Below are positions 11,201 through 36,880 of a DNA stretch of 64,000 nt, one piece after another. The position numbers and the translations under genes were made by a program. The stretch covers positions 8,993,129 through 9,057,128 of the forward strand of contig CM082576.2 of NCBI GenBank assembly GCA_040954595.2. Reading direction: 5' to 3'. Below the pieces are notes generated by a model. It searched no databases and had not been told where the DNA came from. It was given only the letters and a program-made list of their open reading frames with translations. Origin of the DNA: Balanoglossus misakiensis (lineage: Eukaryota > Animalia > Hemichordata). Positions within the stretch are counted from its first letter, which is position 1, and each line of letters opens with the position of its first letter.

Positions 11201-14200
11201 ATGTCGTCTGAGGACAAGTACGCACTTATCGGCGGCAAGCACCGCAAACTCAAGATTTCTGGCCTGGTCACCATTCTTCTGCTTGTCGGAGCGGGCATCG
11301 GCATACTCGTGGGGTATCTCATAGCTTTCTCCGTGCACTACGATGCCGAGAGCACGTGCGCAACGTGTCATGAAGCGGACGAAGGTGTCTCGGAGAAGCT
11401 CATGTCGTCGATGGAAGCTACAAACATAAGGCAGTTTTTGAGGTAAACGGTGGGGTAAATGCCAGTGTTGTTACGCTTAAGTGGTAAAAATGCCACGTTT
11501 TCTGCCTTTTCCCGGCAAACTCCCGACGGGAATCTTTGATAGCGATCACAAGAGATAGAAGGCACGTTACACAAGTTCCTCGGCTCGTACGTTGTGTAAT
11601 CCTTAAACGTAACCTAGTTTTGTCCTTGTAACCATTGCATTTGATGCCGGCCTGAATTTTTGCTTTACTTACACGACCAACTCTAATAGTTTGACGGTGA
11701 AGGTATTTACAGCATAATAACTGATCCACTGTATTAAACTGATTTATGACATTGGACAAATAATAGCCGTTCGAACTGCCTGACCTCATTCCCGGTGGCG
11801 ACACTCTCAGGAATTACATGTAGGATACCTCTTTCCGGAACTTTTCGGCAGCGAAAAGACACCTTTTAATGAAACAATGCATAGAAGAAATTATATTCTA
11901 TGCGCGAGGAGATATTATGTCACAATAAGTTACAGCCATGACGCGATGGCAGACCAATCTCCGTTTAGATTCTCGGGTTTGAACCAGTTCTGAGTACGGA
12001 TATTCAAACCTTATTTTTTTTTATTTGAAGCACCCCATTAGAATGCAGATCCTTTAAGTTTCACTTGTTTTGTTGTTGTTGTTGTTGTGTGTGTGTTTTT
12101 TTTTGGGGGGGGGCACTCCACTTCTCGTTTTCGCGGACCATGATGACGAAGAAAAACATTTTTAAACGCGCATTGATACCTATTTTTCCCGGATGTGACA
12201 CCCCGACCCGTAGAGATCCATATGTCGGCACTGTACAGGTGAATCAGGATGATTACGGGTTGTTGCATCACACGTAATGACGTATCAGCCACTCATGCAC
12301 GGTATCCAATGACTGTTGGGATGAAGCCGAGTAATATTTGCCCTTTATCTCTGACCCAGTGATCTATCAAGCAAGCCGCACCTAGCCGGCACGGCAGCGG
12401 ACCTAGAAACAGCCCAGTATATCGAACAGAAGTGGTTGGATCAAGGTTTGGATTCGGTCACCATATACCCTTACAAAGTGCTGCTGTCATATCCACATGA
12501 TGACAAACCAAATAAGGTAAAGTCGGTCGGCACAGAAGTTGGAGGTTGGTTGGTGAATTGCATGCGCTAAAATATTGATCTGTCTGTTCACTTGAAGTGG
12601 GATGATATCGTTTGTTTACAAAAGCTTATCTTATGCCTAGCAAGCAATGTCAAAGTTCAGTATCATAAGATGCAAAACGTACAGTACAGTACAGTACAGT
12701 ACAGTACAGTACAGTACAGTACAGTACAGTACAGTACAGTACAGTACAGTACAGTACAGTACAGTACAGTACAGTACAGTACAGTACAGTACAGTACAGT
12801 ACATCTTTTAGTGTGCACTGATATTGTCCAGACTTTTCTGTAATGATCCGTACCCGTCTCTCTAGGTTCAAATACTCAATGCTGACGGCAGCGACAACTA
12901 CACATGCATGGATATGGAGCAGGATCTTCGACCGGAAGACCAGAATCCTGACATGGTGAAACAGTTCAATGCGTACTCGGCGGCAAAGATGGTCAAAGTA
13001 AGTGTTTTTTAATGTTCAAAGTGCAGTGCAAATAAACATTCTTTAAACATAAAGGTCCACAATCTGCAGCTTTGTTCGTCATCTATTTCTGTATTTCAAC
13101 CATGCTTTTGTTCGGGAAGCAGTTTTCATCTTCTGAATACAGCCTGCATGTGTGCATAATCGGCAAAGTTACCGTTAAAATTTGCATTTAATAATAATAA
13201 CCATGGTCGATATAAATAGTCGTGACTTTCTCAGGTTGGCGAGCAGAAAAATGGTTATTTGGATATACCATAGGAAGAACAAGAAGCTGTATAGATAGTG
13301 TTTTTCATGTTCGCCCTCGCCCTGGCCAGAAACTTAATCATGGAATGGATATTGCGAATGCTTTATTTCACTTCCCTGTAGGGAGATCTTGTGTACGTGA
13401 ACTACGCCCGTACTACTGACTTCGACACCCTGGCAGAGGTTGCGCCGAATTTGAATCTCACGGGAAAGATCTTCATCGCCAGATACGGCAAAATCTTCAG
13501 GGGTAACAAGGTGAGGGTGAGATTACCATGTGGTCTCATGTTGACTGATCAACTAATAACGTGACAGTATTTGGAGACGTGTCATTTATGGTATCGTGGA
13601 TACCATGGTCCGGTCACTGCTTTGAATTTGCTTCAAGGTTTCCAGGGACTTACTGCCACTGTGACCCTGTTGTATCCACACAGGCTTTGAACTCGCAGCA
13701 GATGGGCGCCATCGGCATGATAATTTATTCCGACCCTGACGACTACGGCAGCGATGACCCGGACGCCGAAGTGTACCCGGACGGGTGGTGGCTGCCTGGC
13801 TCGGGCGCGCAGCGTGGCAACTTGCACGCCAGCGATTACAAGGGAGACGCACTCACACCTGGATACCCATCAAACGGTAAGCGCGGGTGGGGGGGGGGGG
13901 GGGGCAAAACCCGCTTTCTTGGCACACCTACGTTTTATAGACAACGAGGGGAGTTCTTATATATCAACAACGTTGATTTTACTTACCATCCATTCATTTC
14001 TATATCTTTTAGCTTGTATATCAACTTCAGTTTCTTGTTCGACTCCCTATAAAACAGGATGACATGGCCAGTGTTTGGCTCAACAGCACAGCCCATATAC
14101 TACATCCACAGTCTGTGCTGACATGTCGCATACTGGGTATGGTTCAGCATAGCGTAAAGTAGATCCAAAGACTCTGCGGTTCTTGATGCACAAAACAAAA

Positions 14201-17200
14201 ACCGACGAAACACCAGCAAGAAGTTACAAATAACGCCCCATTAAAAGTCGGAATATTTTGGATTATTTTCCAGATTATATGACCCGTATCGACATTGAAG
14301 ACACGTACTTACCGGATATACCAGTCCAACCTATCGGATACACGGACGCACTTGCCTTTCTGAGGTACACACTTAATGTTACTACGCATTTAGAAATGTC
14401 TATTTATGGGCTCGTTTATAATTTTGTCTGGGTGGATGTCAGTTATATAATGAATTGCTTTTTCTTGTATGGTCTCATCAGAGAATTGGACGGTGATGAA
14501 GCTCCCAGCAGTTGGCAAGGTGGCTTGAACATTACCTACAGACTAGGGCCAGGTTTTACAGACAAGGCACGGTAAGTATATACAGCTTGCCAAGTATGAG
14601 ACAATTATGTGTATTAATGAGATTTAATTATTCGTTGGGTTAGAAAAAAAAAACACTGCAAAGTGAGAATCACGAGCACTTTTGTTATCTGTGGCTGAAA
14701 TTGGGTGTATTTTGTATTCCATTATACCTCAAGACAAGTCAAGATGGACATCCATACGACAAGGGTGGAGAAGTGGACGTACAACGTCGTCGGGTTTATC
14801 CGTGGAGATGTCGAACCAGGTGCGAACAACGGTTTCTTTTCTCGTGTGCGCGGAAAATGCCAACTTGAAATGACAAACTTTAGTAATCTTATCATTGTAT
14901 GAGATTTTATTCTTTCAACACTTTGCTTATATCGAATTCTGTGTGCAATGCCCTCTGTTGCAGACCGTTATGTAATCGTTGGAAATCACCACGATGCGTG
15001 GATTTATGGAGCTGTTGATCCATCCAGTGGAACGGCCTCTATGTTGGAAGTCAGCAGCGCTTTTGGGAAACTTGTCAAATCTAAAGGTTTGTTGGTCTTG
15101 AATTTGTATTTGCAAGTACCATCGGTAACCAGAGGTTTTGAATAAAATTTAAATATGTCACCTCATCTCGTGGGGGTGGGGGTGGGGGCGAAATGGGCTG
15201 GCAAATATTCAGATAATTCTGGATACATTTTGTTGAAGCTGGTAATGCATCAGTAGTACAACAAATGTACATATCGTTTATTCCCTTCCGACCACAGAAT
15301 GGCGCCCGCGGCGGTCGGTTTTGTTCTGTGCATGGGGAGCCGAAGAGTACGGTTTGATTGGCTCCACAGAGTGGGTTGAGGTGAGACCACGTTTAGTATA
15401 TCCCTTTATGTGATATCCAGTAGAAAGTTATCAATTCTTCCAATTTATGGATCGCTTATTTTTCACAAACGCGTATACATGTCACATATGTCATATTGAC
15501 AGCCACTCACCTCACTGACTATACGAAAATGTGCGCATTTATAGGATTTCGCCAAGAATCTTGGAGTGCGGAGTGTAGCTTATCTGAACATAGATTCGGC
15601 AATAAACGGTAACTGGTACTTGAGGGCCAAGGCGTCACCTCTCCTGTATCAAACCATCTTCAATGCAGCTAAGCAGGTGGGTGCTCAACATTACAGCAGA
15701 ATGCCTGCAGGGTGTTTTCCGACGACATCCATGATGAAATTGGACAGCACGTATTCTGCAACTTTGCAACGTTGTTTTCATGGAAGTTTTCAATTTAAAA
15801 CGTAATTTCTGACTGCCCATGTTATATACAAGTGCCACGCGGACGTCAGCTGAAACCAGACGACATCAGTTGAACTGCATTTTGAGCAAAAATGTGTACT
15901 TCTGTTTTTCTCTCTCTCTCTCTCTTCAGGTGACTGACCCAAGCGATCAAGAGAAATCAGTTTACGATGTCTGGCTTGAAAGAGCGTACGATTATGATAA
16001 TCCTGACAGACCATAGTAAGTGATTACCCTAAAGCTTGGAATGTTAATTTAAAACTTCAATATTCCTCAATACCGTTTGCTCATGTGGGTCTATTGTATT
16101 GGTCTCAGTAGAATTTCACAATTTTGACGCTCCGAATAACGTGTTCTGCAAATATATCTAACGTAAAATTTGTGCAATCTGTTTCGATAACTAGCGTAAG
16201 CAACCTTGGTTCTGGTAGCGATTTCGCCCCCTTTATGTATCGCATCGGAGTGCCAGGCCTGGACCTGAGATACACCTATTCATCGGTAGGTACTTCGTAG
16301 GTACTCTCTGATCATAACCATGGTTAATAAGTTTGCCTTTACTTGAATCGCCGTAGTTTGAATTACCTCGTGTATTCAGGTTTTGTGTGGACTGTACCTT
16401 CTTATCAACAGTCCTTTCATTTATTTTTGGCAGTCGCTAGGGATATCCTCCTACCCCACTTACCACACGGCATTTGAGACGTTCTACCTCATGGAGGAGT
16501 TTATCGACCCCGGGTTTGCCTACCACCTTGTCATATCTCGTGTCTTGGTTGAGATCGCGCGCGATCTCTCCGATGCGCTGGTTATTCCGTTCGACTGCCA
16601 AGATTACGCCTTGGAGCTGAAGTATGCGGTGAACGACACGAGGAAGAATTACGCAGAGGATATGGCGGAAAAGGGTATCACTTTTGGTGAGGAGGAATGA
16701 ATTGAAACTTCTGCATGCGACAGTTTCTTAGCATCTTGGTTATGAGTTACACAATCCATTTACAAACTGTCTTGACATCTTTTCTGTAGATTGGTTGGAC
16801 TCTGCTGTAGCTAACTTCACCGCTGCTGCACAGGAAATGCACGAAAGGATCGATGAAATCGACAGACAAAAGTAAGAAAACCATAGATTCAAATTCAATT
16901 CCCTTCCAACAACGTTTTTTACATTTTTTTCAGAATTGAGCTAAACGTTTTCCGTTTTAAACTGTATTTACCCCCCCCCCATTTGACTGAAAGATAATGC
17001 ATCTCTCTCCCTCTGTTTCAGCCCGATGGCAATTAGAGCCGTGAACGACCAATTGATGAGTGTTGAGAGAGCCTTTATCGACCCCCTCGGTCTTCCGGGT
17101 CGCCCATTTCTCAGGTAAAGTACAAGTGAATTTTAGGCGGTTGGAGTATTTTCAGGTTCCAAGGGGGAAAATCAATAGTACCAACACGTACATTTAACAA

Positions 17201-17436
17201 TATAATATCTCACGTGGTAATTGCGCACTTTCCCTCCCAACAGACACGTCGTGTACGCTCCGAGCAGTACGAACTCCTATTCCAGCGCCACTTTCCCCGG
17301 AATCGTGGATGCCATGTTCAAAATCGACGAAGATCCGAACCAAGAGGAGAGATGGAAAACTGTGGAAGAGCAAATGGCAATTGCAGCATTCACCATTCAG
17401 TCTGCGGCTTCTACCATGAAAGATTACCAATTATAG
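11201..17436 (+). CDS. Glutamate carboxypeptidase II / NAALADase-family M28B type II membrane metallopeptidase (about 17 exons)
   Basis: N-terminal TM ([22 protein letters not shown]), PHLAGT, PA domain [14 protein letters not shown]. Zn and catalytic motifs [51 protein letters not shown]. Dimerisation domain [30 protein letters not shown]. Approximate exons: 11201-11442, 12360-12516, 12866-12997, 13382-13510, 13684-13876, 14273-14364, 14482-14571, ~14733-14819, 14964-15086, 15298-15380, 15545-15676, 15930-16015, 16195-16286, 16434-16686, 16790-16871, 17022-17114, 17244-17436. FOLH1/NAALAD2/NAALADL1 orthology not resolved. Confidence 0.95.
12681..12803. repeat. (ACAGT)n pentanucleotide microsatellite, 24 perfect copies
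   Basis: Seen directly in intron 2 of the peptidase gene. Confidence 0.98.
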
Positions 17437-18422
17437 AAACATTCTACCCGGCTTTAACGTTTGTTTTTTCAATATAAAAATGACAAATTCACAGAAAAAC
17501 TTATTAAGCAATAGTTTATTTTAAATGGATATTTGTGATAAGAGCATATATTTTCCTATATCTACACATGTATATATTTTTGATGAAGCTCAGTACAAAG
17601 TATTAGTTTCGTCATTTGTACATTGCGCAGCGGCAGTCAGATGTGCCATTAGTATATGGTCACTGGCCAAACCTGGAATGGATCAAGATTTCAACATGTA
17701 GAAGCTCAGTCTAGGAAAATAGCTACAATAATTGTAGCTTGGTGACTGTTGTTTGGGTTGGGATACCCCATTATTGTGAACGCTTATCCCACTCGAACCT
17801 ATCGGCTATCCAAAGTAAATTAACCCTTTAGGACAGACACAATTTTGGCCAAATAATTTAGAAAAAATGTAGAAATCACCCCCCTTTTATTGTTAGTTAT
17901 GTCACAGATTTCTGATTAAAAGTGTGCTGCTGGTTGTACCGCTACAATAAACATAAAGGTCGCTTGTGTCAGTTCTTTCTGTATATGTTGCATGAATTTC
18001 TGTTAGCCACGACCGAGTTTGTGTTCTTTAAATAATGCATTCTGCAAACAATTCCGTAGAGCAAACTGTTTATTGGAGTAACTGTCCTGGGTGTGCCATA
18101 CATTGTGGTCAGTTTACATGAGTTCATGAAAATACATATTAGACAACGTTATAAGGAAATCACAATGATGTGAACTAGTCCTGCATGATGGTGAATGTCT
18201 GAGATTGTTTGTTTCTTCTCCTGTCTCCGTCATCATCGTCATCATCATCACCATCACCATCATCACCATATCAGCCACGACCAATACTGCTAGAAAGGCC
18301 TGCATCAACTCATGACCAGTGAAAGACCATCGGCACCATCAGCTGCTTTCCAATGTAATTGTTTCTGGCATTAATTCCACAAATACAGTCCTGGTTGAGA
18401 GGGTGGGTAATTTGCCTGTGTG

Positions 18423-18830
18423 TCACGACAATGGTACTTTGTATACTTTGATGTGGACAGCAGAATTTGTCCTCACTTGGGTGTCAGCTTCAAGGTCATC
18501 ATTGGCTGGCTCCAGGTCGTCTATGAGTTCCACGCTTGACGTATTGACGGATACTTCTATGGACCCCATACCTCGCAGCTTCAGCTGAAGGGCCAAGTTG
18601 ATAGCCCTGTTGATCGCGGCTCCCAGTCCGTGGATGAAAATTTCTTCAAAGCCAGCATCAAACATCTTCTGACAGCGCTCGAGGTGGGCGCCAAAATTTG
18701 TCCTTCTGTTAACATACACATCGTTTTTACGTTTCGGTAGTCTTCTGGGCAATCTTTTCCTCAGAAGGTATTCATTTTGATCAATTTGTGGAATCACAAC
18801 TTTCTCGTGGTCACCACTGTCATCAGCCAT
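18423..18830 (-). CDS. POP7: Ribonuclease P/MRP subunit p20 (Rpp20, Alba fold), intronless CDS
   Basis: 135 aa with LRKRLPRRLPKRKNDVYVN, AHLERCQK, EIFIHGLGAAINRAINLALQL, NTSSVELIDDLEP and RTNSAVHIKV, all hallmark Rpp20 motifs. Confidence 0.95.
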   Translation of the reverse strand: MADDSGDHEKVVIPQIDQNEYLLRKRLPRRLPKRKNDVYVNRRTNFGAHLERCQKMFDAGFEEIFIHGLGAAINRAINLALQLKLRGMGSIEVSVNTSSVELIDDLEPANDDLEADTQVRTNSAVHIKVYKVPLS

Positions 18831-19211
18831 ATTGTTTTGAGGTCAACCAGGTCAGGTCAGGTCAACATCCGGGAGACACGATATAAAGTTTTTGCGTTGC
18901 AAAACACTTCTAGACGTCTGATCTGAATATTGTTCTCTCTCGTTACACTTCAAAATTCATACTTCAGTTTTTTTCAACTCATATACTTGACATCGAAGTT
19001 ACTGAAGTTCATGAAATAAAAATTAGCTTTGGTGTAATTCTGCAAAGCATCATGGGTATTTAAAGTAAACAAAATGGAGTTGAACATCAACATAGGAAAG
19101 CCAACGATGAAGTAGTCGTGATAGAACTACAGTGGTTGTTTTTTGCACAGTATGAATTGCAACGTTTCTGCAAACATGTAAACTTGTGATAACAACAGAG
19201 AAACGGTGGAC
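18831..19211. promoter_or_regulatory. Probable bidirectional promoter between POP7 and EIF2AK4
   Basis: Divergent ATGs at 18830 (-) and 19212 (+) are separated by only 381 bp. Confidence 0.7.
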
Positions 19212-33338
<14,127 letters not shown>

Positions 33339-34060
33339 GGAGCAAAGTATCCTTTCCAAGAGAGCCTACTCAGATAAACCCATTCTTTAGTTTTGATAAT
33401 TTTCAAAATTTCAAAATGTGGGGGCCATGGTTGTAAATGACAAAAACAAACCAAATGTCTCAAAACTTCAAGAATTGCAATTCCATGTTTGTATTATATG
33501 CCATGTCAAATGAAGATGAAATTTTTCTTTTGTCTAATTTTAATCACTGTTTTAATTTTACCAAAAAAAAAACTTTTTAAAAATTTATGCTTTTCCAACA
33601 TTTTCAATATTTTTTTCTTCTTAGAGTATGCATTTCTATGCTGGAAGAAAAGAAGGCATTTTATTTAACGTTAAAATAATCATCATTGACAAGAAGATTT
33701 TTTGGGGGGATTGAGATGCAGATGGCATTCTCTTGCCTGTTCAGTGATAACGATGCACTTTGTAGAGGTTTCAAGTCCTCGATTTGATGATGATGATTTC
33801 TGTGCAGCGTGTCAAACATTTTGGGCTTTGCAAATTGCATAGCTGCTGCAAGTGAACATTTTGCAATGCGTAAATTTTTTGCACACTTGCAGCGTCCTGA
33901 GGGCACATGCCTCCATGTTTGACAGTGCAACTGCAGTGCATTCATTCGTGAGATAGACTGGAATGGAGTACGTCTAATACTCGGTTACGGTTCTGATTTC
34001 TTTTTAAACGGGCTGTGTATTTGTTTGCTGGCTGGTGAAGTTTTAGTGTTATGACCTTTC

Positions 34061-34148
34061 GCCCTTTCACCCCAGTTCCCTTTGTAGAGGTCCAACTTTA
34101 CTGTAGAATACAATGGATTTGTGCCAAACCATGGTGGTGAAAGGGTTC
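34061..34148 (+). mobile_element. Short (~90 bp) TIR repeat, copy 2
   Basis: Ends CCCTTTCACC...GGTGAAAGGG are perfectly inverted. Homologous to 29512-29603. Confidence 0.6.
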
Positions 34149-36484
34149 AAACCGTTTGCGATAAATCACATAACAAATCTGCCACTTGAAAGGGCATTGC
34201 CAATCCATTAACTTGTAGGCCATGAATTAGGATAAACTCAAGCTGTGATTGACTCTTATGTCATAATTTAACAATGACACAGAAAAGCGTATTTATTTAA
34301 TGTCTAAAATCGACTGCCCAATTCTTCTGTGTGCTATACTAATTTTTTTGTCCCCACTGGGCATGGTCATGAATAGGGCTGTAGTGATTAGGGGCTGTAC
34401 ATGCTTCTGTCAAATGTCACATCATTTTTGCCCGTGGCCAGCGAGGACTGCATCATTTACAATGACCTATTGCATAATCTGTGACATTCATCTGATTGAT
34501 TGCTTTTAAATTTCAAAGCAAAGCTTTTGAAAGTTAGCTGGGCTTGTAATTAATTAGCCGTTATTAGGATTGAAAGTGTTTGGCCAAAGAATTACCCGCC
34601 TTTTCAGTTTGAAGTTTAAAAAAGGACAAATTGACATCTTTAATAATTTATGATATAGATGTACACTGTCAAACTGTACCTATAATGGACAATCTAGTTT
34701 TTTGAACCATTGCAAGTTGGTGTTGACTTTCTGAAACCTTGAGTTATTATTTGACCAAAAATGTTGCTGGTTTAGAATTGATCTACAACATGAGGTGGCA
34801 TTATTGTTGGCAGTTCGTATTATTCGATGTAGTTTTGAAAGCTTAACTTATATTTAGTATATCTTTATTGAGCACAATTTAGCAGGTGACACAAGGCATC
34901 ATGGGTAATGAGAGTCATCATTTCTTTACTGTTATTCCAACTTTTCTTGAAATATTCAAATACCCTCCTGTTGTATGCAAAGAAATGGTGCTGGTAATTT
35001 TATTGTCAGAAATGATTTTATTTGAAAACCAATTCCACCTGGGCATAAATTCGTCAGCTGTATTTGCGTTGAGTACAAAGCTTTATGGAAATGTCTATTT
35101 TGAAAAAATAATTAAATACAAAAAAACATTCATACTGTGTCAATAGGTTGAATGTGCCCAGTTTCTCCAAGTAACCTTCAAAGTCAGTTTCTTTGTGCAA
35201 AGCCCGGTGGCTGTTTTACATGATGAAGACTATGCCTTGCACAAAAACGATTTGAGTGTATAGACTTGTCTCAAGTTGAATTCTCTATCAGTCTTCTTTT
35301 TTTTCAAATCCGTTCATGAGATATTTTTGCATCATGACTGCCCTGATTGGTTGAGGCAGTGTCATGTGACATTTTGCCTTGCAAAGCTCCTTCAGATTGG
35401 TCAATCACTTCACTCGTTGACGGTGCATGACTCCAAGAAAGAAACCAGTCCTGTAAAAGTACAAAGGCGGTTGCAAATCAAGAATCCGCGTGAAATGTGA
35501 AGTGTCGCCCTATAGCATTCGTAGTCTCAAAACGAGGTCATTGACGTTGACTGCCTCGTTGGATGGCGCAGTTCGTGCTAACACTTCGTTTTGAAAGAAT
35601 AATGCTTTTTTTATCATTAATATACATTTCAACAACTTTTTATATGCCGAGAATGGTGTATTTTAGACCAGTGCGTATTTCCTGTTACTATCGTTGTGTC
35701 TATAAGCAAGCCCACACATTCACAGTACTTCTATTCGCCAGCGCGCACGATCGTTTACATCATCATAGTCCCTCGAGATCGAGAACGACTGTGACATCAT
35801 GGACTCACTACCATTCAGACTCCATCCACACTCACTCGCTCGAAGGTCCAGACCAGACAAGATTACACGCCCCTGTTTACCAAAGTACATGTTGAGTTGT
35901 GTTGCCATGGCAGCTATCCTCAGAACTCGATCATCAAAGAAGCATTTAGCTGAGATTAAATCAGCTAAAATGCTCTGTTTTTAGGGCATAAAATAACTAC
36001 ATTGCAGAAACTCAGTTTTCTTGCCCTGAAGATGTTCCTCATGTATTAGAATTAGATTTGGACACGTGACTGTGATGACTGTCACATGTCTGCGCCCGAA
36101 TTTCATTATAAAAACATACAGCAGTCAGTCTCCCCTGATGTTTTGAAATTTCTTGTAAAATACTAATATTTTGCGCTTTAATTATGTATCAGTCGTCTTT
36201 CTAATCGCTTGATCTGGCATGAAATATTTATCAATTTCCCCCGGTGCATCGACACAGGGCCAACCTTCGAAAGCATCTTCCGCACAAAACGTTGCAGTTA
36301 TTATCAGTTACCTTGACCCTCGTCAAATCCAAATGGCTTAAAAAATTCATGCTTTGACAGATTCTAATTTGCAAAATGATGTTTTTCCTTCACTGAGCTT
36401 TCAATATTAAAGTATGAATACCAGTTGGAACTTGCAGGATCAGTCGATGTCAGTCGCCTGGCCGCATGTTCACACGTACGTTCA

Positions 36485-36880
36485 TCTACCTGTTAGCTCT
36501 GCTGTCAGCGATGCGGATCCTTATCAGTTGTCTGTCTGTACGTCTGTTTGACTGTTGGTCATGCAGCTTTGAAATTTTATGTCCATACAGCCTGGAGCAT
36601 AACAAATACTTTCAAGTCCGCCTTCAACTGAATAAAGCTTGTCAGATAGCTTGTCATCTCAGAAATACGGGTCTTTCAGTGGGTGTTCTCACTATGTGCT
36701 GTTCTGTCATCTGTCCGTTGTCTCTCAACAATTGACTTCTCAGAAACTAGTCGTGTGGGTTTGGGTGTTGAGTTTGTTATTATATCTCTGCTGATCAGAT
36801 CTGGTAGATTTGATTGTTATCCTTCTGTCGCCAGTGTAGTATTCTCTGACGACAAGTGACTTCCCAGAAACTAGTCATAC
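36485..36880. mobile_element. Possible degenerate Helentron/DINE-like repeat remnant
   Basis: ttagctc start, a (tgtc)n tract, and repeated GACTTC(T/C)CAGAAACTAGTC units near 36735 and 36858. The family call is pattern recognition only. Confidence 0.3.

Noticed and set aside
10905-11371. Antisense ORFs over peptidase exon 1
   Set aside because: Shadows of a GC-rich coding exon with no recognisable motifs.
12592-12871. VQYST / VLYCT repeat proteins, or a CRISPR-like periodicity
   Set aside because: Translation of an (ACAGT)n microsatellite. There are no spacers and the context is a eukaryotic intron.
33345-33356. GTATCCTTT U12-type donor-like sequence
   Set aside because: It lies just past the GCN2 stop in the 3'UTR, and I found no convincing U12 branch point or acceptor.
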